Part shown: piece after piece, positions 1 through 13,819 of the stretch
Layout: each line of letters opens with the position of its first letter
Numbering within the stretch: the first letter of the stretch is position 1
NCBI GenBank assembly: GCA_051294375.1
Contig: CM119265.1
Span: 26,139,748 to 26,203,747, forward strand
From: Paraspadella gotoi
Lineage: Eukaryota; Animalia; Chaetognatha
Reading direction: 5' to 3'
Length of the DNA: 64,000 nt
The notes under the pieces: generated by a model
Seen by the model: the letters and a program-made list of their open reading frames with translations, nothing else
Told to the model about the DNA's origin: nothing
Databases searched by the model: none
Made by a program: the position numbers and the translations under genes

Positions 1-547
1 TTGTTCATTTGCGGCGAGATCGAATTTTATGGCAACAACAACTTAAAACGATCAGTAACAACTGCGATTTTCCTTCCGTTTGGTTTTTCACTCTTTTTTT
101 TTTTGCGTCGACATAAATTTTTATAAATTCAAAACCTAAATTAATTCTAAAAGATTCAAATTAATTCCTTCGTCTCATTCACAAATCTTGATTCAACTCA
201 GATTTCGTCAACAAAAATTCCTTTCATTCCTTGTTCTTTTGCCCATGCATCGTGGCTCCGAGCGCCATGTTAGAAATTCAAAACGTTAACTAATTTTAAA
301 TTAGTAGTATATATTTATTATATAAGTAAACAAATATGTCCACTCAACATCTATAGTATTGTACTTAAGTAATACAACAATTTTCCAACAAGGTCGCCTC
401 CATTCATCTAGCTTCTCTCCGTTTTCGTCTCGTGAAACGAAGAAAAAAATCGGTTCAAAACGGTTCGAGTCAGTGAAAAAAGTCAGCTTTGCCGAAATCG
501 AGCTTCTCACTCTACGCCTTGCCCATACTTTTAGATATGTCCCTACC

Positions 548-815
548 CTCACTTTAAGCATTATCTCACTTAGTTACTTGGTTCACTCTAGCCTCACTTT
601 AAGCCCAACTTTAATCTCACTTTAGTTACTTGGTTCACATCTAGCCTCACTTTAGGCCCATTTTGGAATTCTCGATCTTTAGTTATCTTAGTTCACTCTA
701 ATCTCACTTTAGCCCACTTTAATCTCACTTTAGTTACTACTAGTTCACTCAATAATGCTCACTTTTAATCTCACTTTAGTAAAACTTGGTTCACTCTCGC
801 CTCACTTTAGTCCAC
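548..815. repeat. 50-bp tandem repeat built from 10-bp subunits (noisy copy)
   Basis: Recurring ctcactttagttacttggttcactctagcctcactttagcccactttaat; inverse of 17871-18130. Confidence 0.85.
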
Positions 816-1455
816 TCCAAACGCTTTTAATTAAACAATACAGTTATACAATTGATTGCATAAATTGAAAACGAAGCAATAGATGGCGATTATAGACTTA
901 AAAATGGTGGGTCACTGGTCTGTTCTAATTTTGTAATGTATCCCCAAAATGTTTCAGAAGACCTCAGAGATAGTCATTATTAATTCCACAATTAAGTGAT
1001 GGTTTGCAGTCTTGATACCGAGTGCAAGAGATAAGCGGTTTCGTCCCCCGAAACGAATAGCGACCAACTGTGCCAAAAGGCGACATCAATATTGCACGCA
1101 AAAAAACACGATTCTTGCTCGCAGAATCTCTGACGAAAACCTCATCCAAAATTCAAAGAACCGGAGAACTCGAACGTTCGCATTTCCACTTACTCACCCC
1201 CACTTACTCTCCGTCCCTCACCACCTAATTCGTCCACGCGTCGTAACATTACGTCACGCGACTTGTTCGCTTTTTAGCCGCGTCGAGTCGCATCGTCCGT
1301 ATGGCCGAAAATGACGCCGTAGAATCAGAGTCGTTTGTGCGAGATTTCTTTCGATATTTATGTTCTTCTCTCCTCTCTCCTCGTCTCTTTTCTATCTTCT
1401 TCTCTCTCTCTCTCTCCGCCAATCAACCCTGAACCTTACCTCTATTAAAACTCAC

Positions 1456-1923
1456 CGGCTTGAATCAACACAGATTTATTTCAAATTCTTTTCCCGATTT
1501 GATTTTTGGTTTTTCGTAAACTCTTCGAAAATCGTCGGAGTGTATTCTTCAGAAATTTCTTCCTCGGGCGCAGTGTAATCTGGAGTTTTATCAAGTTTAC
1601 ACTGTATCAGTTTTAATTTTCTGTACGCAGCATACTTCTAGCGTATGCGGCTTCCTTATCCACATTTTGCTTGTGCGTGAAGCTAACTGTCAACGCTGTC
1701 GTTGGACACAAACCTTTGAAACATATTTAAAAAAAGCTGATAATTTGTATTTTCATTTGTGTCAATTTTTTAATAAGAAAACTTTCAAGATTAAATAATT
1801 TCGCATTGATTATTGTTTATCACCATCATTCTGCTTCACCTATGCAGCAGCGCGTTTTTTACCGCCAAGTTCCGTCTCCGTCGTCAAAACTTTGATTTTC
1901 GTCGGTACAGCTTGCGTCGTCAT
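1456..1923 (-). pseudogene. Inverted copy of Rho-like GTPase exons 1-2 (indel-disrupted; any remaining exons would lie left of the window)
   Basis: 1840-1923 and 1456-1579 are reverse complements of exons 16799-16881 and 17135-17256, with small indels. A pseudogene cannot be distinguished from read error or assembly duplication. Confidence 0.6.
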
Positions 1924-2179
1924 TTTTTTTTTAGCGTTAAATACAAGTGTTTAGTTTTTTTTAATATAAAAACAGATTTAACAAAGAATATATAGATTTC
2001 TTTTGTTCTTTTATTGAATATTTTATTTCAAGAATTTTCAGATTTAAGAAAAATTTAATCGACCTTTAGATTCACGAAAGAATCTTTCTCTCCGATTTCC
2101 CGTCATAGTTTTTTTCAAAAATGACCTAAATTAATGCGGGTCGATGTAGTGACCGAAAAAATTTGCGTCGTCTCGTCGT

Positions 2180-2229
<50 letters not shown>

Positions 2230-2747
2230 GTTAATTATCGTCATCGCTGATTAATATTTAAGGGGTAGACTTCGATTATGTGAACTCACAGCAAACGAGC
2301 ATATTTTTCCCCTGTCAATGTCAAGTTTATCCCGGATCTTCAATTCACAAACAACTCATTTTTTTGGATCCTCCCTTATTGGTTTTAAATTCAACGGTCG
2401 CCTCTGACCCAAGCGAAATGTCTCGAGGTTCTTTATCGACCTCAATCAAGAAGATAAAATAATAATCGCGAGTAAAATGAGAAAATACGTTAATGATTAA
2501 TCAAAAACTAAAAAACAAATATAACCAAAGTATGTGAGAGAGACGGATTTAATATTATAATAAGCTATAACTTGCTAAATGAGTCAGAAGATAATTCACA
2601 GAAGAGAAGAGTCATTCAGGAGTCGTGAATGATTTGCGTGATTCACACAAGATCATGCCAGTGATTCAGTGATCTTCCCAGATATCCTCGCCGGATTTGC
2701 TCGAGCAAGCCCGATGGGAATCCTGTGCCTAATCTACCCAGTCATTC

Positions 2748-2778
<31 letters not shown>

Positions 2779-3296
2779 TCTCTCTCTCCTCTGTCTCCTC
2801 TCTTTCCCTCCTCGTCTCTCTCTCTCTTCTCTCTCTCCTCTCTCACTCTCATCTCTCTCTCTCTCTCTCTCACTCCAAGCGAGTCGCTTTCCCACTCGAA
2901 GTTCTTCATCTATTTCTTCTTCTTTCCTCACTTTTTTCTCTCCCTCCTTCCGCTTCTTCTTCTCCTTTCTTCTTTTCTTTCTCCCCTTCTCGTTCTTCCT
3001 CTCCTTTTCCTCCTTTTTTCTCCCTTTCTCCGCTTCTCCTCCTCCTCCTTTTTTTCCTCCTTTTTTCTCCTTCTCCTTCCCTCCTACTCCTCCTTTTTTT
3101 TCTCTTTCCTCTTCCTCTCCTTTCCGTCCTTTTTTCTCCTTCCTCCTTTCTTCCTCTCCTTCCTCTTTTTTCGCTCCCGCTCTTCCTCCCTTTCGCTTTT
3201 CTCCTCCCTTCCTCCCCTTCTTCCTTTTATTTTATTCTGCCATTATCCTTCCCTTTCCTCCCGATTCTCTTCTTCTATTTACCTACTTCAATTAGA

Positions 3297-4903
3297 ATTC
3301 CTCCATAAATTTTTTAATTTGTCAGAACGTTTTTCTCTTTTTTTTCCATATTTTTTTGAACACGCTAAACGTTTCTCTGATTACGGCAAAATTTCATGAA
3401 AAAAAAAAAAATTAATAGTACCAATAGTTAGTGTTATGTCTCGAAATAGATGAAAAACCTCGTTTAAATTCACATCGGGAAGTGGGGTAACTAAGGCTTA
3501 CCAATGGCATCCCTCCACGCCAATCGTTCTTCGCTAAATAATTTTTTTTATTTAATACATTTGAAAAGGGAAAAAAAAGCAAAATTCATGAATGCAGGTT
3601 GCAGAAAGGGTACAGATAATACTGGACAATACTGACTGATAATCATGACTTTTTATGTCTTGTGAATGGGGGCAGTAAGAAAATCTAAAAAAATTCGATC
3701 ATTGTCAGTCAATGAACCCTTTCCAATGGGCTATTCCGCGAAATTTTTTTTTCTTAATTTAAAAACGGATGATAAGTAAAAGATTAAATACCTTGTATAA
3801 AGGTTGTTATATTTAAAAAGAAAATTATCATACAAATAAACAACAATTGATGGTCTTGCTTTGTCAAATCATGTCGCCAAGCTTAATGTAATTTTTTAAA
3901 AATTTTATTATAATTAAAACAAGCAGCGTGGTCCAAGCTTATTTGTTTGCAGTTGAAGATAATGAAAAAATGACAATTTTTTTTCACAGAAGAAGGTAGA
4001 AAACGTCGAACAGACTGTTTTATATGCAATCTGAAAATATTTTGTAATTTATCATTTTTCCATATTTAAAAAAACATTTTATCCAGATACTTCATAAATT
4101 TTTGCTTGTTTTTTTACTTAACTAAAAAATACAAGCAAAATTATAGAGTAGAGCAAATTTAAATGGTAATCAAATGTAATTTAGTCTTTCCTTTTTTCAA
4201 ATTAGAAAGAGAAAAAAATTTCAACATGCCTTCATTACAAATTTTTTAATGCAAAAAACTGTTATACTTTTAACCAAATCGATTTAAATAAAAGCTTGTA
4301 AAGATAATTATGGTAAAATTTAATAAAACCTATTTCAGAGAGGTGTCCATGATTAGGGCTTAATTTAATACCCTGCACCCACTTTCCTACCTCTTTTCTT
4401 TCCAAAGTTATTCAAGAAATAACTTTTTTTTAACCTGTGAGAGAACTAAGGATTTGAAACATACGCAAGTAACAAAATCTTTGTTAAATAAATTTCAGCA
4501 AGCGGGAGTATCTCAATTTTCCCCTATTGGTAACTACTAATTTTTTAAAATAAAACTTAAAGAAAAAAATTTTCCGTCCTCTAGAAGACATTATCACCTT
4601 TCAGGTTAACCCATCGTCTTACACATTTATGGATTATGCTGGAAGAAATCAGCAAAACGTTTTCCTCTTTTTTTTTAAATAGTTTGTACTAGCGCGTCAG
4701 AATACTATAGAAGATATACTCGAAAATTTATTCTGACAAATTTTGCCTCTAAGGCCTGAAACGTTTATGAATTATATCTCGAAAACCATTGTAGGAATTT
4801 AAATAACGGTTTTCCCTGGCAAAGTGAATATTGATATCATCCTCCAGGACCGGCATAAAAATATATAAAAAAATAAACTAAATATTGGCTCCGAGTGAGG
4901 TAT
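3297..4903. mobile_element. Inverted copy of the putative 1.6-kb insertion at 13820-15430
   Basis: Appears identical to the reverse complement of 13820-15430 and is flanked by ctacttc(c)aat on both sides. Boundaries are approximate. Confidence 0.4.
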
Positions 4904-5161
4904 CTACTTCCAATGCTCCGTATCTCATTTCCTCCCGTCTTCCCCCCCTCCCATTCTCCTCATCTCCCCACCTCTCCCTTTCTCTCTCCCTCTCTGCTCT
5001 CTCCCTCTCCTCTCCCTCTCTCCTTCTCTCCCTTTCTCCCTCAATTCCTACTCGAGATCCTCGACGAAAATGGAGGATATTTCTTTTACGACTCTCGGTG
5101 ACCTAAATTTCTCGCGATTTAAATCTCTCTCTCTCTCTCTCTCTTTTCCCCTCTTCTCTCT

Positions 5162-5229
<68 letters not shown>

Positions 5230-5921
5230 TTCTCTCTCTCTTTCATCATCAATCCTGATCGTTACTTTTCCCTCTTTTCCCTCAATCCAACGAAATCCTT
5301 CTTTTGGATTTTTTCCTCCTTCAAATTTTCACCTTTTTCTCGACTTACGCTACTTTTAAGAGACTGATTAGCAGGGTGTGCGAAATAAAATCGTCTTTTC
5401 CACAGTAATTAATCTTTGACAACAGAAATAGAATTAGCTACAAAAGAGCAACCTTTGCGAATGACCTTTGCTCTTGTTTTTTAAAGATTTTTTTTTTTCC
5501 TCTTTAAAAGCTTTACTTCAAATTCATGCGACTGTTCCTTTTCATTCTTCAATATGTTTTTATATTTATTTATTTACCAATTATCTATAATTTTAAATGT
5601 TCTATTGCTTCCCTTCCTTCCTTCTTCCTTCCTTCTTCTTCCTTCCTCTTCTTCCTTTCCTTCCTTCCTTCCTTCCTTCCTTCCTTCTTCCTTCCCTCCC
5701 TTCTTTCTCTTTTAAATATTCCCTTTTTCTCAAAATTTTTATATTCCCCAATGTCTTCACATTCCTCCTTTTCAGTTCCCTCCTCCTTTTTTAACTTTCC
5801 TCTCTCTATTCTACATCCTCTCCTTCCTCCCTCTGTTGCCCACCGTTTGATGCTTCTACCCTTTCCTCCTTCCCCCCACCTCCATCAACTAAACTCGCCC
5901 TTGAAAGGCAACCCGATCAAT

Positions 5922-5960
<39 letters not shown>

Positions 5961-6037
5961 AGAGAGAGAGAAGAGAGAGAGTGAAGCATGATCGCCCTTT
6001 GAAAGGCCAACCCCGCGCGGCCCGCGCCATCAAATGA

Positions 6038-6078
<41 letters not shown>

Positions 6079-6147
6079 GAGAGAGAGAATTTTACGGATT
6101 GTGATGTAAATAGATGGAGGCAGTGGAGTGAGAGAGTTGAAAGAGAG

Positions 6148-6224
<77 letters not shown>

Positions 6225-6370
6225 GAGAGAAGAGACAAGAAGCGAGAGAGAGAAGAAGAGAGAGAGAGAGAGAGATTTAGATAGTCAGCAAAGACCCACC
6301 ATCACAGAACTTTTCTGATTTTCTCCGAATAGAATGTAAATTTTCTCCGCCTTATGAGTGTTCCCTTGCA

Positions 6371-6422
<52 letters not shown>

Positions 6423-6474
6423 AGAGAGAGAGAGAGAGAGAGATGATGACGACACCGACGTCACCCGAGCAGTG

Positions 6475-7314
6475 GAAGGAAGGAAGGAAGGAAGGAAGGA
6501 AGGAAGGAAGCAATAAGAACATTAAAATATAGGGATAATTGGTAAATAAATAAATATAAAACATATTGAAGAATGAACAGAACAGTCGATGAATTTGAAG
6601 ATAAGCTTAAAGAGAGAAAAAAAAAATCTTTTAAAAACAAGAGCAAGGTCATTCGCAAAAGTTGCTCTTTTTGTAGCTAATCTATTTCTGTTGTCAAAGA
6701 TTAATTACTGTGGAAAAGACGATTTTATTTCGCACACCCTGTAATCAGTCTCTTAAAAGTAGCGTAAGTCGAGAAAAAAGTGAAAATTGAGGGGAAAAAA
6801 ATCAAAAGAAGGATTTCGTTGGATTGAGGAAAAGAGGAAGTAACGATCAGGATGATGATGAAAGAGAGAGAGAAAGAGAGAGAGAGAGAAAGAGAGNNNN
6901 NNNNNNNNNNNNNNNNNNNNNNNNNNNNNNNNNNNNNNNNNNNNNNNNNNNNNNNNNNNNNNNNNNNNNNNNNNNNNNNNNNNNNNNNNNNNNNNNNNNN
7001 NNNNNNNNNNNNNNNNNNNNNNNNNNNNNNNNNNNNNNNNNNNNNNNNNNNNNNNNNNNNNNNNNNNNNNNNNNNNNNNNNNNNNNNNNNNNNNNNNNNN
7101 NNNNNNNNNNNNNNNNNNNNNNNNNNNNNNNNNNNNNNNNNNNNNNNNNNNNNNNNNNNNNNAGAGAGAGAGAGGGAGAGAGAAAGGGAGAGGTGGGGAA
7201 TGAGGAGAAAGGAGAGGGGGGAAGACGGGAGGAAATGAGATACGGAGATTGAAGTAGTAAATAGAAGAAGAGATCGGAGGGAGGAAAGGAAGGATAATGG
7301 CAGAATAAAATGAG
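6475..7314. repeat. Third partial copy of arm sequence (fold-back), lacking the 1.6-kb segment; spans N gap 6897-7162
   Basis: 6475-6896 matches ~13065-13520. 7163-7257 matches ~13725-13819 and then runs straight into sequence matching 15441-15495. Confidence 0.85.
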
Positions 7315-8723
7315 TGAGCAGCAACCGAAAGAAGTTCTCTAAAAAAATGAACCTTTTTGACGATCGTTCGTGTTCCTCGTTTTCGTCGTCATCATCGTCG
7401 TCGTTTTTTTTAAAAAACAAAATCCGTGAACCACGAAAACGAGACGAAACTAGTTCGGTGAAAGAAAAAAAGGGAAAAAAAAAAGGTGAGTGAAGAGTTA
7501 AAATACTACGTGTGGAAAAATAGACCATCACAACAACAACACTACAATATCACGAAAAACTTGGCAGGAAAAATGGAGTTCGATCGTTGTTAAAGAAAAA
7601 TGACAGAAGGTATGAAGGTTTAATGAAGAAAGCAGGAAAATTTTATGTATAAACTTTAATCCGTGACATTTTTAAGAAAAAAAAAGATTTATCCAGGGTG
7701 CACGCTTAGCAGTCTTAATCTCATTTGCATAAACTGAGGAAGTGAGGGACAAAGAAGAGAGGAGAGAAAGAGAGAGAGAAGAGGGGGGAGTAGAGAGAGA
7801 GAGGAAGGAGAGAGAGAGAGAGAGAGGGAGAGAGGAGAGAGAGAGAGAAAGATGATGGTGACATGAAGAAGAGGAGAGAGGAAAAGATTTAGTGAGGAGG
7901 AGGAGGAGAGGAGAGACAGAGAGAGAAGACAGAGAGAGAAGAACGCGTTCTTCTCATCACAGTAAAAATAATGAAAGACAACACGACTCGATGCGGAATC
8001 TTTTTCCGATCCCTCGAGAACCGCAGAGCTTTGAGTTCGACCGTCTTTTGTCTTAAAGCCAAGACCAGCAGGGCGGGAAGAGGCAAAGAGGCGGGCAGAG
8101 ACGGGCGGGAGGAGAAGGCTGAAGGTGGGAAAAAAAATTAGGCTCGGAATTGGGTCTGAATGGTCTGATTGGTCTGATTGGGTCGTATTGGGTTCTGATT
8201 CATAAAAAAAGAAGGATGATGAGAACGGAATTTGAAGAAACAAAAGCTACATGACACAAATTACTAACCACAAATTAAATATATTAATGGCCGTATTAAC
8301 ATGATTTTCCGCGGAAAGTATACTTCCTTTAGACGACGACTTGGGAGCCGTCAGGAAGCTATTCAATTTACCATGGGATTGCTACGCATGTTGTGTACCC
8401 TTTGATTAAAACTCTGCAGGAAATCAAAATCAAATCATAATACTCGTACGACTTAAAAAGAAATAATTGATCAATGAGAAAAAAATGTAAAAAACATCTT
8501 TAGATTCATTACAAGGGAGGAAAAATAAAACCAAAAAAGGAGATGTTTACCAAATTGAAAATCTTGGGTCAAAAATGTTTAAAAAAAGTTAGCCGTTGAA
8601 ACTATAATTTTTTTAAAAGATGTTTAGTAATAAATCTGATGCAATATGTAAATTAGTTTCGGTTTATCAAAAGAGACGGGTCGGGAGAAAGAGAGAGAGA
8701 GAGAGAGATGAGAGAGAGAGAGA

Positions 8724-8755
<32 letters not shown>

Positions 8756-10889
8756 CGAGAGGAGAGAGAGAGAGAGATAGAGAGTTGAGGACAGAGAACA
8801 TAGAGAGAGATGAGCGTATTTTCTCATTCCATAATGCATGAACATTTTCATAATTTCCCATTACATTGATTGACCTTCTAGAAGAGTCGAAGTATAAAAT
8901 AGTGAAAGGCGAATAAGCACAGAGATCTCCTCGAGGAAATTTTTTCGTTGCTTAAGGTTTATCGTTGTCGTTGTTGTTGTTGTTATTGTTTTGTTGTTAT
9001 GTAAGTATAATAGTTAAAAGAGACACGGTGTGGAATAAGACGAGAAAGACCGACGGACGAGGACAAACCGCGACAAAGGCGAGCGTGACGAAAGAGGAAG
9101 ACGACCACAATAACGACATAAACCACTACGACGACGACGACCGACGACCAACATAACGACGACGGACAAACCACAACGACGACGACGAAAAGGACGACCA
9201 CAACAACGACACGACGACGACATTTAACAAAATGATAATGACGACGACCACAAATAACGAGGACCACACCACGACGATGACGACGACGACGACAACAAAA
9301 GGACGACGATTGACGACATGACCCAACGTTAATTAAAAGAGGCGAACCAAGGAAGAAGAAACTGAGACAACGATGGAATCACAATTTTTTTCGAACTCGC
9401 AAGAAAACAAGTGGGACAACAACAACGAACCACAACAATGACAACGACTAAAAAGGAACATCAAACGACAACAACGACAACACAACAAAAAGGAAAACAA
9501 CCGACAACAAGAAGGAGCGGATATCAAATTCCCTCTCCCTGATCTTCGGCGGCTTTCTCTTTCTCTTCCTTCATTTCTATTTCATTTTTATGATCCTGTC
9601 GTAAAACATTCGTAAATGGGTTGGGTTAAAGGGGGGTTTAGTGGGGGGAGAAGGTGGGGCGGAGGTTTGGGTGGCGGAGAGTAATGGGATGGGAAGGAAA
9701 GGAAGGTGAAGGCGTCCAAGGGTGAAGTGGGGCGTTAGCGATGACTTCCGTCGTTGCAGAGATGCCTGACACAATACCAGTCCTTTCATAGGTGATTGAA
9801 AACATCTTTGAAATATTCAATATTAGGGAACCAGTTGCCTTAGGAATAAATTAAACGACGGGGTGATAGATTGATTGAAGCTTCCTGCTATGTATAAACT
9901 TGTAAGAGTGATGGAAGGCTTTACTAACTTTTAGCTGTCCCAGTAGAGTGGAGCACTCAAGAAACCAAACAATTTATTTGATGATCGAACAATGATATTT
10001 AGATGTGAGTAGTATGATTAAACTAGTACAAAAAATATTTGTTCATTATTATCTCGGGAACAGAATAGTAAAATATTTAATATATTTGTTAAGTAATATC
10101 CCTTATAAAATAAGTAAATTTTAAAAATAATTTATAATTTTAATAAGATTCAGATTCATTCATAAAAAGTTGATCAAAAATATAAAACATGTTATCCAAA
10201 AAATTATGTTTATCTTCCAATGTTTAAAAATAAGAAAAAAGGTATTAAAAAATTCGACTTTTTCTTCTGTAATAGAAAACTTATATATTGTTAAAAACGT
10301 TTTAGTCATTTTTTGTGATCTAAACATTAAAATATCAATAACATATTTTATTAAAAGTTTCTAGTTTTTTACAGCGAATCCAAAATCCAAATCTTAAAAA
10401 TTAAAAAAAAAATATTTTGAATTTTGACGATTTTAATAAGGATATTACTACATAAATAATTGAATTTGCATACTTTATGCTAAAAAATTTTAAAAGATTT
10501 AAATTCATTAATTATATGTCCATAGGCAGCAAAAAAAAAAATGTTCAATCAACTCAATCTTTTCATCACTCCCACCCTACTGGTTTCAGAGTCAGGGCAA
10601 AGTAGCTTATTTATTAAATGAATGTGTAGTTTTAAATTGTTGTACCAATTTTCATAATACAGGATTTAGTGAAAGTGAAGAGTTAAAAACAAAAAGGCGA
10701 ATCGACATTTTCTTTTATTTATCGTTCTTTGTTACTTTTTAACTTTTTCCCGTTTTTCTTTTGTTTTTGTTTGTTTATATTGTTGTCATGGTTATCCGTT
10801 TTCTTTCTCTCCTCTTTGTCGGATGGGAAGGCAAGGTTTGACTTTCCAACTCGTAAAACCGTTTAAAAGGCGCTTTAATTCCGTTTTAT

Positions 10890-10981
<92 letters not shown>

Positions 10982-11264
10982 CTTCAAGTAAAATTGATTT
11001 TTTCTGCAACCTTTTGCTTTTTGTTTTTTTAAAAACATTAAATCTTCGAGAAAAAAACCAAAACAAACAATAAAAAGAAAATGGAATCTTAAAAAAACCA
11101 AAAAAACAACAGAAAATGTGACATCGAGGGCGAAGAACCGTAATTCTGCGTCGAATAGAAAGAAAAGGAAAACTGATTAAATTTGTTATATTAAACGAAC
11201 AAAAAACGAACCAAACTAAAAATTCAAAGCTTCAGGGCCGTAGTATCCCAATTATCTTGTAGCG

Positions 11265-11470
11265 AAGACAAGACGAAGACAACGACGTAAGACAACGACG
11301 AAGACACGCGAGACAACGACGAAAGACACGACGAAGACAAACGACGGAAGAACAACGGACGAAGACACGGACGAAGACAACGCGAAGACAACGACGGAAG
11401 ACAAACGCATGAAGACAACGACGAAGACAACGACGAAGGGACAACGACGAAACAACGACGAAACAACGAC
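11265..11470. repeat. Degenerate 12-bp minisatellite (gaagacaacgac)n
   Basis: The unit is directly visible; a related GAC/AAC-rich tract lies at ~9030-9500. Confidence 0.75.
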
Positions 11471-12316
11471 AATGAAGCTAATTGAGGTCAACGCATCAGC
11501 GACGACCGATTTTCTTGTGATCGTCGTTAAAATAGAATTTGTTGTTGTTTATGTGTTATCGTTATATAATCCACTTTGTTTTCTTTTTTTTCATTTTTTT
11601 CCGTTCGTTCGTTTAAGCTCTGACGTGGAATGTGTCGAACAAGAAAGGCTTCCTCGGATTTATTGTTGTATTTCCTTTAACTATAACTTATACTAAGAAT
11701 TGTGTAATGTACATATTCGGGCTGACTTGACCTTGAGCTTGTAAATAAATAATAAGTAATATTGTTCGCAAGTTTCCAAAACAAACATTATTCACAAATT
11801 CTTAGGTTTCCTAAAAAGAAACAACAAGAGAGAATTTAATTTATTTTAATTTAATTTAATTTAATTTTTAATTAATTTTATAACATTTTAATAAATATTT
11901 TCTTCCGACTCCATCTTCGTCTTTTTTCATTCCGTTATCGAGTCGTGTCTGATTCTTCGTAAAGCTAAAATATCCCCAGGCGTCTTAGCTCGAGCTCAAA
12001 CGAGAAAACGTTTTCCACGACGACAACAACAACGACAACAACAACAACAACGACGTCGTTTCCCTCGTCGACCGTTTTCTTCCTCCTTTTCGGCTAACTG
12101 CCTTTTTTTTTTTCGAAACTGCCTCCGTCTTTTCACGAGTCGTCCCGTCGTCGTCGTCGTCGCCATCGTCGTTCGTCGTAAGTGTTCGTCTCCAGTCCCC
12201 TTCGTTCATGGGCAACGTCTAGTTGCCCCAGTTTTTTTTTCTCTCTCTCTCTGGACGAGAATCGTACTGCTCGGGTGACGTCGGTGTCGTCATCATCTCT
12301 CTCTCTCTCTCTCTCT

Positions 12317-12368
<52 letters not shown>

Positions 12369-12514
12369 TGCAAGGGAACACTCATAAGGCGGAGAAAATT
12401 TACATTCTATTCGGAGAAAATCAGAAAAGTTCTGTGATGGTGGGTCTTTGCTGACTATCTAAATCTCTCTCTCTCTCTCTCTTCTTCTCTCTCTCGCTTC
12501 TTGTCTCTTCTCTC

Positions 12515-12591
<77 letters not shown>

Positions 12592-12660
12592 CTCTCTTTC
12601 AACTCTCTCACTCCACTGCCTCCATCTATTTACATCACAATCCGTAAAATTCTCTCTCTC

Positions 12661-12701
<41 letters not shown>

Positions 12702-12778
12702 TCATTTGATGGCGCGGGCCGCGCGGGGTTGGCCTTTCAAAGGGCGATCATGCTTCACTCTCTCTCTTCTCTCTCTCT

Positions 12779-12817
<39 letters not shown>

Positions 12818-13497
12818 ATTGATCGGGTTGCCTTTCAAGGGCGAGTTTAGTTGATGGAGGTGGGGGGAAGGAGGAAAGGGTAGAAGCATCAAACGGTGGG
12901 CAACAGAGGGAGGAAGGAGAGGATGTAGATAGAGAGAGGAAAGTTAAAAAGGAGGAGGAACTGAAAAGGAGGAATGATGAAGGACATGGGGAAATAAAAA
13001 TTGAGGGAAAAAAGGGAAATATTAAAAGAGAAAGAAGGAGGGAAGGAAGAAGGAAGGAAGGAAGGAAGGAAGGAAGGAAGGAAGGAAAGGAAGGAAGAAG
13101 AAGGAAGGAAGAAGGAAGGAAGGGAAGCAATAAGAACATTAAAAATATAGATAATTGCGTAAATAAATAAATATAAAACATATGAAGAATGACAAGGAAC
13201 AGTCGCATGAATTTGAAGTAAAGCTTAAAGAGGAAAAAAAAAAATCTTTAAAAAACAAGAGCAAGGTCATTCGCAAAGTTGCTCTTTTGTAGCTAATCTA
13301 TTTCTGTTGTCAAAGATAATACTGTGGAAAAGACGATTTTATTTCGCACACCGTTAATCAGTCTCTTAAAAGTAGCTAAGTCGAGAAAAAGGTGAAAATT
13401 TGAAGGAGGAAAAAAATCAAAAAGAAGGATTTCGTTGGATGCAGGGAAAAAGGAAAATAACGATCAGGATGTGATGATGAAAGAGAGAGAGAAAGAC

Positions 13498-13563
<66 letters not shown>

Positions 13564-13819
13564 AGAGAGAAGAGGGGAAAAGAGAGAGAGAGAGAGAGAG
13601 ATTTAATCGCGAGAAATTTAGGTCACCGAGAAGTCGAAAAGAAAATATCCGTCCATTTTCTCGAGACTCGAGTAGGGATGATTGAGGGAGAAAGGAGAGA
13701 GAGGAGAAGAGGGAGAGAGAGAGGGAGAGAGAGAGAGGGAGAGAGAAAGGGAAGCGTGGGAATGAGGAGAAAGGGAGGGGGGGAAGACGGGAGGAAATGA
13801 GATACGGAGATTGAAGTAG

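Larger units (their letters stand above)
1..6474. repeat. Left arm of giant inverted repeat (partner 12265-18625); probably continues beyond the window start
   Basis: Bases 1-50 reverse-complement 18576-18625, and cacccgagcagt at ~6463-6474 matches actgctcgggtg at ~12266. Identical microsatellite ORFs occur on opposite strands (6034..6318+ and 12421..12705-). Confidence 0.95.

Noticed and set aside
2669-3399. Long S/L/F/P-rich or R/E-rich ORFs here and at 6034, 13376, 15415, 25528-27683, 28210 and 58393
   Set aside because: These are translations of (CT)n/(GA)n and pyrimidine tracts that lack stop codons by composition; they show no domain features.
5866-6040. Paired TCF/LEF-like sites (CTTTGAA, ATCAAA)
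   Set aside because: These are short motifs expected by chance, and the two neighbouring blocks look like noisy copies of one another.
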